Shown piece by piece: positions 25,065 through 25,645 of a stretch of 25,645 nt of DNA (within the stretch, counting starts at the first letter, position 1; each line of letters starts with the position of its first letter). The DNA is taken from NCBI GenBank assembly GCA_025061115.1, contig JANZKC010000006.1, forward strand, positions 1 to 25,645. The letters run 5' to 3'. The stretch comes from Candidatus Culexmicrobium cathedralense (GTDB taxonomy: Archaea; Thermoproteota; Methanomethylicia; Culexarchaeales; Culexmicrobiaceae). A program made the translations under genes and the position numbers. The notes below the pieces were generated by a model. That model saw only the letters and a list, made by a program, of their open reading frames with translations, did not search any database and was not told where the DNA came from.

Positions 25065-25645
25065 TCAACTATGTGATTCCAATATTTCCTTTATGCGTTT
25101 AATTGCGTTTAATAGGCAGTTGCATACTGCAACTTTCAAGTTATGGTCATCTGGAAGAATAATGTCATCCATGAATACCCTTCTAAGCTCATATCCGCAT
25201 ATGGTGAATGCCACTCTTAAAAGTCGGTCTAAAGCTGTTACTTCATCTCTAAGAGAATATCCAATTCCCTTAGAGGTTTCAATGTCATGAAACACTCTGT
25301 CAATCAAAGTTATAATAACCGTTCTATACGGGCTATCCCTAACCGTAACATATTCCCTTAAAATTTTAGCTAAATCCCATACTGCCCTTACATCAACAGC
25401 TTTAACTGCATCCGTGATTTCCTTACCTAAAAGCCGAGACGCATAAAAATCTCCGAAAACACTGTCTCTCAAGATTAGCGTAATTGAACTGCTGGTGAAG
25501 TCTATGCTTTTAACTACATCTAAAATTACATGTGTAATATTCTTTAAAACGTAATCTGAAGCAGTAATTGAATCTGCAAGATTTTTACCATATTCTTTAA
25601 GTATTTTATCTGCAGTTCTACTTGCATCATGCAATGTAACATGGA
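25065..25645 (-). CDS. 5'-truncated repetitive fibre-like protein
   Basis: The frame stays open to the window edge. Repeated h-x-D-x-h-x-x-x-D units (LADSITASD, ITDAVKAVD, LRDEVTALD). Confidence 0.65.
   Translation of the reverse strand, partial: HVTLHDASRTADKILKEYGKNLADSITASDYVLKNITHVILDVVKSIDFTSSSITLILRDSVFGDFYASRLLGKEITDAVKAVDVRAVWDLAKILREYVTVRDSPYRTVIITLIDRVFHDIETSKGIGYSLRDEVTALDRLLRVAFTICGYELRRVFMDDIILPDDHNLKVAVCNCLLNAIKRIKEILESHS

Larger units (their letters stand above)
11..25536. repeat. Dispersed palindromic box TACA-NN-TGTA (at least 20 copies)
   Basis: Starts at 11, 63, 1712, 3900, 4481, 6721, 7214, 7953, 9154, 9607, 11354, 11883, 12284, 13941, 15003, 17535, 21965, 22909, 24283 and 25527. 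Confidence 0.9.
1..25645. mobile_element. Archaeal filamentous/rod-shaped virus genome segment (Adnaviria, rudivirus-like)
   Basis: SIRV2-like major capsid protein, glycosyltransferases, SAM methyltransferase, large fibre-like protein, many small Zn-finger/RHH ORFs and archaeal promoters. No cellular housekeeping genes and no integrase seen. Confidence 0.85.

Noticed and set aside
11-25536. Copper or beta-lactam regulon, because the box equals the cop box
   Set aside because: No copper or beta-lactamase genes, archaeal viral context, and most sites are intragenic.
1-25645. tRNA/rRNA genes, integrase or att sites, transposase
   Set aside because: None recognised by eye. A tRNAscan or Infernal run would be needed to exclude small RNAs.

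Overview
The window looks like part of the genome of a filamentous or rod-shaped archaeal dsDNA virus (Adnaviria/Tokiviricetes, rudivirus-like). The key evidence is a single SIRV2-type major capsid protein (13965-14339) followed by a GT4 glycosyltransferase, probable minor virion and fibre proteins (440 aa and 1472 aa), two more glycosyltransferases and an FkbM methyltransferase. The signals are archaeal (BRE/TATA promoters, GGTGA-type RBS, oligo-T terminators). The left half is accessory. It holds a four-gene operon (Cas2/PaaX-like protein, MoxR AAA+ ATPase, HExxH-vWA protein, possible clamp-like protein) and an array of small-gene cassettes separated by repeated promoter-containing spacers. 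It also holds a 2-TM protein near a membrane-anchored clan-CD-like protease, RHH/wHTH regulators and a PD-(D/E)xK nuclease. Two DNA-level signals stand out. A palindromic TACA-NN-TGTA box occurs at least 20 times across coding and non-coding DNA. Five 11-bp iteron-like repeats with an AT-rich tract lie inside a double-wHTH gene and are a candidate replication origin. All family calls come from motifs read by eye, not from database searches. The host cannot be determined.
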